From: Clostridia bacterium
Lineage (GTDB): Bacteria; Bacillota; Clostridia; RUG12999
NCBI GenBank assembly: GCA_017467445.1
Contig: JAFTSG010000008.1
Coordinates: 71,953-135,952, forward strand
Direction: 5' to 3'
DNA: 64,000 nucleotides
Below the pieces are notes generated by a model. It ran no database searches, was not told the DNA's origin, and saw only the letters and a list, made by a program, of their open reading frames with translations. Below, piece after piece: positions 41,865-51,319 of this stretch. Position numbers and translations under genes: made by a program. Position 1 is the stretch's first letter. Every line of letters starts with the position of its first letter.

Positions 41865-43444
41865 TTTAAACTCCATGTGTTTATGTTGCTGTATACGCAG
41901 TTAAGTGCACCTACAGATATATCGCTTAGCAGGTCTGTGTTATAGAATATTTTGCTTGTTGAAAAGTAAAGCGGTATATGCGGCATATTGTTGTAAAAAT
42001 CACGTTGCAAATCACCCAGAAGGGCATTTCTTATATCTATATTTTCACTAGCCGCTACCTGCGCTATGATATTGTCCGTTGAAATATTTGAATAACCGTA
42101 AAAGTTAAGTTCCCCATCGGTGCCTATAAGAAACTCAAGGTTGTTATCAGGGCTGATTTTTGTTTCGCAAAGAACAAAATCATATATATTTTCAAATGCC
42201 GCTTTTCTGTATTCTTCTTCCGTTTTTACAACAGGTATTACGGATATACCGTAGCCCGCCATTGTGCTGACGATGTAATCACCGATAATTATTTTTGACG
42301 GGTTATCCTGATTTATAAGAAGTGTGAATTCAAGAGGTGCATTTGTGCCGTCAATTTCTGCACTGCGCACACCGTTATCCCCTTGTTTAAATCCAAGCGC
42401 ATCAAGCTCTTCTTTTATGTCTGTTTCAGTTGTGTCAAACGGCAGTGCCTGTACGGCAAACGGATTTACCGGAGAATTTGCCGGCACGGCAAGTTCAGGA
42501 ATAAGTTCGGTAATAACTCTGTTTTCAACCGCCATACGTTTAATAAGTTGGCGAAGACGCACATCTTTAAGAAGTGTATTTGTATAATTAACGGCAAGAT
42601 AAGTATATCTATTTCCGTTTGCCATTTTATATCCTACATTTTCTCCAACATTGTATTTTGATGCATTTTCACTGCCTACAACTGCCGTATCAATACTGTT
42701 AAGAGCAAAACCGTTGTATGATGCCTCTTCGTCAGGAAGCAGGCGGAAATTCATGTGTTTGATATTTGCACTGCCTCTCCAGTATTGTCCGTTTGCTTCA
42801 AGTGATACGGAAGCAAATTTATCAACATCAGAAACTCTGTACATTCCTGTTCCGTTGACATAAAAATTATCTTTTGTATCAATAATATCATAATACGAAA
42901 ACTGTATTATCGGGAAATCAAGCAAATACACAAATCCCGCATTTGGGGTGCTTAAATTGATTTCATACGTTGTGTCGTTAATTATACTTGCATATTCAAT
43001 ATCCTGAAGATTCTTTTTATAAATGCAGTCTTCCGGATAGTTTAAAATCTGATTTATTGTATAATCAACATCTTTTGCCGTAAAAACAGTTCCGTCGTGC
43101 CAGAAAGCGTTCTTTCGAAGATACAGGGTAATGGTTTTTCCTCCGTTTGAAACTATAAAATTTTCTGCAAGTTTATTTTCAATCGAGTAGTTTTGTGTAA
43201 CAGATATAAGAGGGTCAAAAACGAGCGAAAGCATATCCCTGTTAACGGAATATGCAGTAATAAGCGGATTTAATGTATCGTATCTTATTGCATACATGGA
43301 CAGACTTTCGCCCGACGACGGATTATATACAACATTTGTTGTTGCCGAGTCGAAAGAACCGTCTTGTTTTGCATTGTTATTCACAAAGCACGATGCAACA
43401 ATTAACAATGCAATTATTAAAATATAGATAAACGACTTACGCAA
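41861..43444 (-). CDS. family-5 (OppA/DppA/NikA-like) extracellular solute-binding lipoprotein, orphan
   Basis: Lipobox VASC, then an SBP_bac_5-like block (..LNPL..FDPLI..LAENF..GGKTITLYLRKNAFWHDGTVFTAKDVDYT..). TTG start lies 6 nt after GGGAGGA. Confidence 0.7.
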   Translation of the reverse strand: MRKSFIYILIIALLIVASCFVNNNAKQDGSFDSATTNVVYNPSSGESLSMYAIRYDTLNPLITAYSVNRDMLSLVFDPLISVTQNYSIENKLAENFIVSNGGKTITLYLRKNAFWHDGTVFTAKDVDYTINQILNYPEDCIYKKNLQDIEYASIINDTTYEINLSTPNAGFVYLLDFPIIQFSYYDIIDTKDNFYVNGTGMYRVSDVDKFASVSLEANGQYWRGSANIKHMNFRLLPDEEASYNGFALNSIDTAVVGSENASKYNVGENVGYKMANGNRYTYLAVNYTNTLLKDVRLRQLIKRMAVENRVITELIPELAVPANSPVNPFAVQALPFDTTETDIKEELDALGFKQGDNGVRSAEIDGTNAPLEFTLLINQDNPSKIIIGDYIVSTMAGYGISVIPVVKTEEEYRKAAFENIYDFVLCETKISPDNNLEFLIGTDGELNFYGYSNISTDNIIAQVAASENIDIRNALLGDLQRDFYNNMPHIPLYFSTSKIFYNTDLLSDISVGALNCVYSNINTWSLK

Positions 43445-43448
43445 AGGT

Positions 43449-44195
43449 CTATCCTCCCTGATTTATCATTGAAATGACATCCGCGGCGCTCATATCGCCA
43501 TGAACTGTATATCTGCGAAGAGATATTACACTGTCTGTATTTTCATCAATACAAATATCTCCAACTCTGCAAAGCACATCGTACCCGCTTTCGCCTATAA
43601 CAAAAGTAGCTGTTTTTGAAAACAGTCCGTGCGGTGCAGCAAGAACATTACATTTAACCCCGAGATTCTTCTCGATTATATATTTTGATTTGCGTACTTC
43701 ATAAGCAATTTCGTTTGCTGAGCGTTCAAGCATATTTGTATGCGAAACAGTATGGCTATAGATGCTCATGATGCCGCTGTCAACCATTTCTTTTGCCTGT
43801 TTCCACGTAAAATGCGGATACTGCGTATCATACGAACCAACTCTTGATGTTACCACAAAAACCGTTCCGTATGCACCATATTTACGAAGTATTGGAAAAG
43901 CCACGGTATAGTTGCTGAGATACCCATCATCAAAGGTTATAATTACACTTTTTTCCGGCAAGTCACAAAGACCGTTTATATGGTCAATGTATGTATTAAA
44001 ACTTATAATATTATACCCGTTTTCAATAAGCGATGCTATATGATTTTCAAAATCTTCTGCCGTTATATTCATATCCGCCTGGGATTTATGATAGGATTCT
44101 GATATATTATGATAAAGCAAAACATCCGGCTGTGCGGCACAAACGGCTGTTTGCAAAACAATAAGCGCCGCTGCCAAACATAAAAATTTTTTCAT
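43449..44195 (-). CDS. secreted polysaccharide deacetylase (NodB homology domain)
   Basis: Signal peptide MKKFLCLAAALIVLQTAVCAAQ, the ITFDDGY motif and His motifs (..YSHTVSH..). Start ATG 44195 follows GGAG. Confidence 0.82.
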   Translation of the reverse strand: MKKFLCLAAALIVLQTAVCAAQPDVLLYHNISESYHKSQADMNITAEDFENHIASLIENGYNIISFNTYIDHINGLCDLPEKSVIITFDDGYLSNYTVAFPILRKYGAYGTVFVVTSRVGSYDTQYPHFTWKQAKEMVDSGIMSIYSHTVSHTNMLERSANEIAYEVRKSKYIIEKNLGVKCNVLAAPHGLFSKTATFVIGESGYDVLCRVGDICIDENTDSVISLRRYTVHGDMSAADVISMINQGG

Positions 44196-44207
44196 CTTTA
44201 TCTCCAA

Positions 44208-44657
44208 TTATTTTTTTAATTTTACAAGCTCGTCCATAAAGGTTTCAACGTCTTTAAAATCTCTGTATACAGAAGCAAAACGAACATATGCAACCTGGTC
44301 AATATCCTTCAGTCTGTCAAGTACCATTTCACCGATTTTATCGGTTGTGCATTCTTTTATAAGATTATTTGCAAGTTGCTGCTGAATGTCGTTTACTATT
44401 GCTTCCATAACCTCTGTTGAGACAGGACGTTTTACGCATGCACGAAAAAGACCTTTCAAAATCTTTTCGCGGTCAAACACCTGACGGCTTTTATCCTTTT
44501 TTACAACCATTACCGACATTGTTTCAACCTGTTCATATGTTGTAAACCTTTTTTCGCACTGAAGACATTCTCGTCTTCTGCGGATTGATGTTCCGTCTTC
44601 AGTAGGTCTTGTATCTATAACTTTGCTATCTGGATGATCACAAAATGGACAATTCAT
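44208..44657 (-). CDS. nrdR: transcriptional repressor NrdR
   Basis: Zinc ribbon CPFC..CLQC plus an ATP-cone, about 150 aa. Confidence 0.95.
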   Translation of the reverse strand: MNCPFCDHPDSKVIDTRPTEDGTSIRRRRECLQCEKRFTTYEQVETMSVMVVKKDKSRQVFDREKILKGLFRACVKRPVSTEVMEAIVNDIQQQLANNLIKECTTDKIGEMVLDRLKDIDQVAYVRFASVYRDFKDVETFMDELVKLKK

Positions 44658-44785
44658 ATTATTCCTCCGTTTATATAATAATATATATAATATATTTTAA
44701 TACAATAATTATTTTTCGTCAATAGTTTTTGCATATAAAACTTGATATTTCGGGTAAACTAACAAAAAATTATAAGGGTGATTAT

Positions 44786-45727
44786 ATGAATATTCGAAAA
44801 TGTGCAATTATAGGCTGCGGTTTTGTTGGAGCAACAACCGCATTTACACTTTCCGGCAGCGGTCTTTTTTCGGAACTGGTGTTGATTGATATTAACAAAA
44901 AAAAGGCCGAAGGCGAGGCTATGGACATAAACCATGGTCTTTCTTTCAGGAAACCTATGAAAATTTATGCCGGTGATTATGAGGATTTGGCTGATTGCTC
45001 ACTCATCATTATTACAGCAGGTGCAAACCAGGAAATCGGTCAGACAAGACTTGACCTTATAAAGAAAAATGTTGAAGTTTTTAAATCTATTGTGCCTAAA
45101 ATTTCTGCCGTAAACAAAGATGCAATTTTGCTTGTTGTAACAAACCCTGTCGATATTCTTACCTATGTTACGTGGAAACTTTCGGGCTTTGACCGTCACC
45201 GTGTAATCGGCTCGGGAACTGTTCTTGATACTGCAAGATTAAAGTATCTTACGGGCGAATATTTGGGTGTTGATTTTCGCAGTATTCACGCATTTATTAT
45301 TGGTGAACACGGCGACAGCGAGCTTGCTGTATGGAGCAGTGCAAACGTATCGGGAATTGACCTTGACGGATTTTGCGCGGCAAGCGGCAGATGCGACGGA
45401 ATGAAATGCATTTATTCTATTTACGACAAAGTAAAAAACAGCGCATATGAAATTATTGAACGTAAGTCTGCAACTTATTATGCCATTGCTCTTGCAGTAA
45501 GACGAATTGCAGAAGCTATTATGCGCGATGAACATTCCGTACTGCCGGTTTCGGCATATGCCGATTCGCATTACGGAATTAACGATGTTTTTATCGGAAT
45601 TCCGTCTATTGTAGGACGAAACGGCGTTGAGCGTGTTCTTGATATACCTCTTTCGGAAGATGAGCACCGCAAGCTCCTCGAATCCGCCGAAACATTAAAA
45701 GAAATGATAAACCAGCTTGATATATAA
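44786..45727 (+). CDS. ldh: L-lactate dehydrogenase
   Basis: IIGCGFVGATTAF Rossmann motif, the GEHGDS catalytic His loop and NPVDIL. Start ATG 44786 follows AAGGGTGA. Confidence 0.92.
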   Translation: MNIRKCAIIGCGFVGATTAFTLSGSGLFSELVLIDINKKKAEGEAMDINHGLSFRKPMKIYAGDYEDLADCSLIIITAGANQEIGQTRLDLIKKNVEVFKSIVPKISAVNKDAILLVVTNPVDILTYVTWKLSGFDRHRVIGSGTVLDTARLKYLTGEYLGVDFRSIHAFIIGEHGDSELAVWSSANVSGIDLDGFCAASGRCDGMKCIYSIYDKVKNSAYEIIERKSATYYAIALAVRRIAEAIMRDEHSVLPVSAYADSHYGINDVFIGIPSIVGRNGVERVLDIPLSEDEHRKLLESAETLKEMINQLDI

Positions 45728-45731
45728 AAAA

Positions 45732-45750
45732 ACGCGTGCAATGCACGCGT
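45732..45750. terminator. bidirectional intrinsic terminator shared by ldh (+) and xerD (-)
   Basis: The stem is ACGCGTGC / GCACGCGT with an AAT loop. It is flanked by A7 and T5 runs. Confidence 0.85.
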
Positions 45751-45753
45751 TTT

Positions 45754-46635
45754 TTATGCCCTGGGGTGGGCTTTTTTGTATACTTCACTTATTTTTTTGC
45801 TTACGATGTCAGCATAAACCTTTGTGGAAATTACCGCCTTATGACCAAGCATTTCCTGCACGGACACAACATCCGCGCCGTTTTCCATAAGATGTACGGC
45901 AAAAGAATGACGAAGTGTGTTAGGTGTAATTTCTTTCTTTATTTTCGCTTTATCTTTATAGTATTTTACTATTTTCCAAAAACCCTGTCTTGAAAGCTTT
46001 CCGCCGTTTACGTTGATAAACAGCAGGTCATTATGTTTAATTGCCCCGATAGAGTTTTTTTCCATATACTGCAGGTATTCTTTAACTGCACGTGTGGCAA
46101 TTGTTCCCATCGGCACAACTCTTGTTTTATTGCCGCCACAAATAAGATATGCTTCTTCAAGGTTTATATCTTCAATTTTTATGTCAATAAGTTCACTTAC
46201 TTTTATGCCCGTAGCATAAAGAAGTTCAAGCATTGCTTTATCACGGTAGCCTTTGAAATTGACACATTTCGGTTGCATAAGAAGAAGCTCGGTTTCATTT
46301 GCTGTAAGAACTTCAAACTCTCTTTTTTCGGCTTTTGGTGCTTCGATTCCAAGCATTGGGTCTTCTTTTACATACCCTTTTAAAAACATATATCCGTAAA
46401 AAGATCGCAGTGATGCAACCATTCGTAAAACAGATGAGGTTGCCTGACCGTTTTTCTGCATAAATACAAGATATGACAGTATCGTCTGCTTATCAACTTT
46501 ATTGTATTTAGTTTTAATTACATCAATGTACTCTTTAAATTTATTGATATCACGCATATACGACTGAACCGTACTTGCTGACGAATGTTTTGCATTCGTG
46601 AGATAATCAATATATTCTTCTGTATGTAATAACAT
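45754..46635 (-). CDS. xerD: tyrosine recombinase XerD-like
   Basis: Catalytic residues are R in GIKVSEL, LRHSFAVHL, GH and the VYADI tyrosine. It is adjacent to spoIIM, near it as ripX(xerD) is in B. subtilis. Confidence 0.82.
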   Translation of the reverse strand: MLLHTEEYIDYLTNAKHSSASTVQSYMRDINKFKEYIDVIKTKYNKVDKQTILSYLVFMQKNGQATSSVLRMVASLRSFYGYMFLKGYVKEDPMLGIEAPKAEKREFEVLTANETELLLMQPKCVNFKGYRDKAMLELLYATGIKVSELIDIKIEDINLEEAYLICGGNKTRVVPMGTIATRAVKEYLQYMEKNSIGAIKHNDLLFINVNGGKLSRQGFWKIVKYYKDKAKIKKEITPNTLRHSFAVHLMENGADVVSVQEMLGHKAVISTKVYADIVSKKISEVYKKAHPRA

Positions 46636-46638
46636 TTC

Positions 46639-47208
46639 CTACTCCCCATTCATACACAGCCTTAGCAGCAGCGATGTAACATATGTATCCATAAGTGCTG
46701 TAAATAAACACCCCATAAGTGCAATTACCAGATGCAGCACATAATTTGCAAATTTCCGTTTCGGTTTTTGCTTTGACCCCGAAAATTCAAACGTTGCTAT
46801 GCAAACATACATAAGCACCGGAACAAACACAAAATATTGCGGCAAAATTCCGCAAGCCGAAATAAGCATTCCTTTGCCTATACCGTAGATTTTCATAAAT
46901 GCACCTAATGCAACTCCAAGTACTCCGCCTTTATATACAACGGCAAGCATATTGCAGTATACCGCAATACCTGAAAAGCCCAAGACCCACATAAACAGAA
47001 CAGGTTTAATGCATCCAAAAAACGATTTAGAAAAAATAACTCCATAATTTCGTTGTCCTGTTTTTTTTAGCGGCAATACTATATTTTCACATTGTTCTGT
47101 CGGAATTATCCCTGACACAAGAGCGCCTATAAACACTCCTGTTAAAAGAATAAGTAAAAAAAATAAATATATTTTAAACCTTGTTCCTCTATACTTTATC
47201 ACTTTCAT
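46639..47208 (-). CDS. spoIIM: stage II sporulation protein M
   Basis: Polytopic membrane protein whose blocks parallel B. subtilis SpoIIM (..MWVLGFSGI..YKGGVLG..GILPQY..). Confidence 0.7.
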   Translation of the reverse strand: MKVIKYRGTRFKIYLFFLLILLTGVFIGALVSGIIPTEQCENIVLPLKKTGQRNYGVIFSKSFFGCIKPVLFMWVLGFSGIAVYCNMLAVVYKGGVLGVALGAFMKIYGIGKGMLISACGILPQYFVFVPVLMYVCIATFEFSGSKQKPKRKFANYVLHLVIALMGCLFTALMDTYVTSLLLRLCMNGE

Positions 47209-47251
47209 CCGCCCCTTTCACTTTCATTATATTGCGAAAGGGACAAGTATA

Positions 47252-48046
47252 TTACTTCTGCATTTCGGCAGATTTGTCTGCCGCAGCTTTTACCGCATCA
47301 ACAAACGCTGCTCTTATTCCTGAGTTTTCAAGTGCAGCAACCGCTTCAATGGTTGTGCCGCCGGGCGAACATACCATATCTTTAAGTTTACCCGGATGAA
47401 TTCCTGTTTCAAGCACCATTTTCGCACTGCCGAGAACAGTTTGTGCGGCAAGGGTATACGCCGTTTCTCTCGGAAGCCCGCAAAGAACGCCACCATCCGC
47501 CATAGCTTCTATAACCATATATATGTATGCCGGACCGGAGCCTGAAACGCCAATTACAGCATCTATAAGACTTTCTTTTATAACTACAGTTTTACCAACT
47601 GCATCAAACATTGATTTTGCCGTATTCAGCTCCGCTTCTGAAACTGCCGGATTTTCGCAAAGAGCAATCATTCCTTCGCCTACCATTGCAGGTGTGTTTG
47701 GCATAACCCTTACTATTTTTGCATCTGCACCAAGAATTGCCGCAATAGAAGCTATTGACACTCCTGCTGCAATAGAAATAACAATTTTTCCTTTAACGCT
47801 ATCCGCAACTTCTTTTGCAACTGCCGGAACAATACCCGGTTTTACACAAAATACAACCATATCTGCCTGCGTTGCAGTATAATTATTGTCTGCTGATGTA
47901 TTAACACCGCTCTTTTTTATTTCATTAAGTTTAGCTTCATCTCTGTCGCTTACATACACATCTGTGCAGTTTACAAAACCGTTATTTATTATGCCTTTTA
48001 TGATTGCGGTTGCCATGTTTCCCGCACCGATAAATCCTATTTTCAT
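47252..48046 (-). CDS. proC: pyrroline-5-carboxylate reductase
   Basis: MKIGFIGAGNMA Rossmann start and a C-terminal ..SPGGTT.. motif. Start ATG 48046 lies 8 nt after GGGAG. Confidence 0.92.
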   Translation of the reverse strand: MKIGFIGAGNMATAIIKGIINNGFVNCTDVYVSDRDEAKLNEIKKSGVNTSADNNYTATQADMVVFCVKPGIVPAVAKEVADSVKGKIVISIAAGVSIASIAAILGADAKIVRVMPNTPAMVGEGMIALCENPAVSEAELNTAKSMFDAVGKTVVIKESLIDAVIGVSGSGPAYIYMVIEAMADGGVLCGLPRETAYTLAAQTVLGSAKMVLETGIHPGKLKDMVCSPGGTTIEAVAALENSGIRAAFVDAVKAAADKSAEMQK

Positions 48047-48109
48047 TTTACACACTCCCTGCGTTAGGTCCCTTTATATAAGGAATTTCAAAAAAACGAG
48101 TCGAAAATT

Positions 48110-48138
48110 AGTATACTACCTTTTTCATGTTTTGTCAA
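48110..48138 (-). promoter_or_regulatory. sigma-A-type promoter for proC
   Basis: On the minus strand: TTGACA (48138-48133), a 17-nt spacer, then TATACT (48115-48110). Confidence 0.65.
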
Positions 48139-48177
48139 TTGCTAATGTTGCAAAATTGTTACAAAACTTTACATAAT

Positions 48178-49146
48178 TTATTTTGCAATTTCACAAATCA
48201 CATCAATTGCATCGGTAATATCTTTGATGTTTGCGGTTTCGTTTGCAGTATGGGTATAACGTGTTGGAATTGAAATCACTCCTGTGGGAATACCATTTCC
48301 CGAAAGCTGAAGTGCACCGCCATCTGTACCGCCGAATTCAAGAACTTCATACTGATATTTTTTCCCTGCTTTTTCAGCGGCAGAAGCAATCATATTCTTT
48401 ACTGCAGGATGCGCAATAAGTGAATTATCTTTTACTTTAATCGCTATTCCCTCGCCTGTTTTTACTGCCATTTTATATCCGTCGGGAGTTTCTCCGCAAG
48501 CAGTTACATCAAGTGCAATAGCATAATCGGGCATTATATCAAATGCCGCCACCTTTGCACCGCGAAGTCCTATTTCTTCCTGAACTGTAAATACAAAATA
48601 CAAATCTTTTGTCGGGTTCTTGATTCTTTTTGCCGCCTCGGCAAGTACATAACATCCAACTTTGTTGTCAAGATACGGCGAAACTACATAATCCCCATTC
48701 TTCATAAACGACGCATCATATACAGCACAGTCCCCTATTGATACTTTCTTTTCGGCATCTTCTTTATCTTTTGCCGCAATATCAATATACATATCAGAAA
48801 GTTTTATGTCTTTTATTTCTTTTTTCTCGCCGTAACACACACATCCGATTGTTCCGTTTTGGAATCTCACACGTTGGTTAAGAATATCGCGCGGTTCAAT
48901 TCCTCCAACTGTTGCAAAACGCAGGAAACCACCGTCTTCGATATATGTTACCATAAGACCTATCTGGTCCATATGTGCGGCAAAAAGCATTTTTTCGCCA
49001 TTTCCTTTTATGTGAAGTGTAAGGTTGCCCATTGTAGATACAGATATATCCCCAAGTCCTTCAAGTTCGTTTATAAGAAGCTGCCTTGCATCATTTTCCA
49101 GTCCTGAAACGGAATAGGAATTTACAAGTTTTTCTAACAGTTTCAT
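48178..49146 (-). CDS. M42-family metallo-aminopeptidase (TET/FrvX/YsdC-like), paralogue 3 of 3
   Basis: M42 blocks are present: ..SVSGLE.., ..AHMDQIGLMV.., ..LDNKVGC.., ..FTVQEEIGLRGA.. and ..IPTRYTHT... Confidence 0.85.
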   Translation of the reverse strand: MKLLEKLVNSYSVSGLENDARQLLINELEGLGDISVSTMGNLTLHIKGNGEKMLFAAHMDQIGLMVTYIEDGGFLRFATVGGIEPRDILNQRVRFQNGTIGCVCYGEKKEIKDIKLSDMYIDIAAKDKEDAEKKVSIGDCAVYDASFMKNGDYVVSPYLDNKVGCYVLAEAAKRIKNPTKDLYFVFTVQEEIGLRGAKVAAFDIMPDYAIALDVTACGETPDGYKMAVKTGEGIAIKVKDNSLIAHPAVKNMIASAAEKAGKKYQYEVLEFGGTDGGALQLSGNGIPTGVISIPTRYTHTANETANIKDITDAIDVICEIAK

Positions 49147-50159
49147 ATTATCCCTCCGATATTTTTACAAACCGCCAGTGCAAGTTTGTAAGTGTTTTCA
49201 AAATCAGTTTTATCTATTACGGATACCGCAGAATGAATGTATCTGCACGGCACGGAAATAACCGCTGTTTTTACACCACCGCCCGTAACCTGAATAGCGC
49301 CTGCATCGTTTCCGCCTGCGCCCGTACGTTTGAACTGATACGGAATATCCGCTGTCTTTGCGGTATTTTCTATCATTTTTACAAATTCAATATCTGAACG
49401 CGAGGAGCGTTCCATAATTGAAAGCACCGGTCCTTTTCCCATTGTGCTGACGTGTGCACTTTCAGGAGCATCGCAGGTATCTGCACAAATCGTTCCTTCA
49501 AGTATAAGCGCCGCATCAGGCATTATACTTTTTGCCGCTGTCTTTGCACCGCGAAGTCCTACTTCCTCCTGCACTGTAAATACAAAATATGTGTCATATT
49601 CGGGCTGCAGTTTTTCTACAATCCTTATAAGATTTGCACATCCTACGCGGTCATCAAGCGCTTTTGCCTTGATTTTGTTATTGCCAAATTCAACATATTC
49701 GCTGTCGAAATAGATATAGTCACCGAGTGACGCTTTCTTTTCTGCCTCTTCTTTTGAATCGCACCCGATATCAATATACATATCCTTCATTTTTACAGGA
49801 GTTTTTCTTTCTTCAGCGGTTGTCATATGAACGGCTTTTATTCCAAGTACGCCAGTCACACCATTTTCGCCGACATACACACGTTTTCCCACAAGAAGTC
49901 TTGCATCAATACCGCCGACTTCGGCAAACTTTAAAAATCCGTCGTCGGTTATCCCTTTTACGATAAAACCGACTTCGTCCATATGTGCGCATATCATAAA
50001 GCGTTTAGTGTTTGATTTTCCCTTTTTGATTGCAATAAGATTGCCCATTTTATCGGTTATTATTTCGTCGGCATAAGGTGCAACTTTATTCTTTATATAT
50101 TCTCTTACGGCGCCCTCTTTCCCCGATACGCCGTTTAATGTTGTAAGCTCTTTTAACAT
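49143..50159 (-). CDS. M42-family metallo-aminopeptidase, paralogue 2 of 3
   Basis: It has ..GVSGKE.., ..AHMDEVGFIV.., ..LDDRVGC.., ..FTVQEEVGLRGA.. and ..VPCRYIHS... Confidence 0.85.
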   Translation of the reverse strand: MLKELTTLNGVSGKEGAVREYIKNKVAPYADEIITDKMGNLIAIKKGKSNTKRFMICAHMDEVGFIVKGITDDGFLKFAEVGGIDARLLVGKRVYVGENGVTGVLGIKAVHMTTAEERKTPVKMKDMYIDIGCDSKEEAEKKASLGDYIYFDSEYVEFGNNKIKAKALDDRVGCANLIRIVEKLQPEYDTYFVFTVQEEVGLRGAKTAAKSIMPDAALILEGTICADTCDAPESAHVSTMGKGPVLSIMERSSRSDIEFVKMIENTAKTADIPYQFKRTGAGGNDAGAIQVTGGGVKTAVISVPCRYIHSAVSVIDKTDFENTYKLALAVCKNIGGII

Positions 50160-51181
50160 TATTTTGCACCTCCGTACATCTTAATAAATTCAAAGATTAT
50201 CCGAGAGGTATTTTCAAGGTCCTTTAACGAAAGAACCTCAACAAGTGTATGCATATAACGAAGCGGAATTGATACAAGAATACAAGGTACACCCTCATTT
50301 ACGGTCTGCACAACCCATGCATCTGTTCCCGTATCTCCACCTTCAACCTCAAGCTGATACGGCACTTCTTTTTCTTTTAGAACTTTAATAAGAGCCTCTG
50401 TTTTTTCACGGTCAAGATTGGGACCAAGTGCAATAACCGCACCTTTACCGAGTTCGCTGCTGCGAAGTTTATCGCCATCGGGTGTTGTACCGTGTGTTAC
50501 ATCTACAATAACCGCCACATCGGGATTTATGCGGGATGCCGCACAAAGCGCGCCCATTCTGCTTACTTCTTCGGTTGTTGCAGCTACAACACAAATATCA
50601 AATTCAAGTTTTTCATTTTTTGCTGCAATTGCCGCATTTAAAACCGCATAAATTCCGGCGCGGTCATCAAGTCCGCCGCCGCAGAATTTATCCTCTCCCA
50701 AAGTAGTATGTTTTGTTTTAATTCTTATCGGGTCACCCACACATACAAGCTTTTCAAGTTCTTTATCGGTATATCCCGTATCAACAAGAATGTCTTCAAG
50801 TTTAATGCCTTTTTCTTTTTCTTCTGCTGAAAGGATATGCGGAGGTTTTACACCTATTATACCGAAAATTTCTTTTTCTCCGTCAATAACAACTTCCGAG
50901 CCGGGAAGAATTCGGCTGTCTACTCCGCCGAGTGATACAACCCTTAAAAATCCGCCTTTTTCTATTGTTTTTACCATAAGACCTATTGTATCAAAATGCG
51001 CTTCAAGCATTATCACAGGCGCATCTTTTTTACCTGAGCGGACATAGCCGTATACGTTCCCTATAGGGTCAACAAATACGTCTTCAAGGTATTCTTCAAA
51101 TATTTTTTTAAGCTCTCCGTTTCCTTTATATTCAAATCCGGAAAGCCCGCCTATTTCACAAATTCTGTTTAAAAGTTCCAT
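50159..51181 (-). CDS. M42-family metallo-aminopeptidase, paralogue 1 of 3
   Basis: It has ..GLSGFE.., ..AHFDTIGLMV.., ..LDDRAGI.. and ..IPLRYMHT... Start moved to ATG 51181 (MELLNR..), 6 nt after GAGG, because the promoter at 51241-51269 excludes the track start. Confidence 0.82.
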   Translation of the reverse strand: MELLNRICEIGGLSGFEYKGNGELKKIFEEYLEDVFVDPIGNVYGYVRSGKKDAPVIMLEAHFDTIGLMVKTIEKGGFLRVVSLGGVDSRILPGSEVVIDGEKEIFGIIGVKPPHILSAEEKEKGIKLEDILVDTGYTDKELEKLVCVGDPIRIKTKHTTLGEDKFCGGGLDDRAGIYAVLNAAIAAKNEKLEFDICVVAATTEEVSRMGALCAASRINPDVAVIVDVTHGTTPDGDKLRSSELGKGAVIALGPNLDREKTEALIKVLKEKEVPYQLEVEGGDTGTDAWVVQTVNEGVPCILVSIPLRYMHTLVEVLSLKDLENTSRIIFEFIKMYGGAK

Positions 51182-51240
51182 TTTTAACCTCATGCTTACC
51201 TTTCTTGAAAATTTTGTTTTACAAAATTTTGCATGCGTCA

Positions 51241-51269
51241 ATTATATCACAGTAAAAATATTATGTCAA
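51241..51269 (-). promoter_or_regulatory. sigma-A-type promoter for the M42 operon
   Basis: On the minus strand: TTGACA (51269-51264), a 17-nt spacer, then TGTGaTATAAT (TATAAT = 51246-51241). Confidence 0.72.
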
Positions 51270-51319
51270 TCAATGTATTTTTTAGTCTTGTATGTCAAAA
51301 ATAACAGTGAGGTGATTAT

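Noticed and set aside
44658-44785. I looked for a Rex operator (TTGTGAAnnnnTTCACAA) upstream of ldh and for NrdR boxes in the nrdR-ldh divergent spacer.
   Set aside because: No TGTGA..TCACA dyad is present. The AT-rich TATATAATA repeats look like ordinary promoter DNA.
47213-47242. A 7-bp hairpin (CCCTTTC / GAAAGGG) that would sequester the spoIIM SD sequence in the proC-spoIIM spacer.
   Set aside because: The stem is short, and a match of this length has a probability of a few percent by chance in a 43-nt spacer. There is no U-tract and nothing supports conservation, so it is too weak to call.
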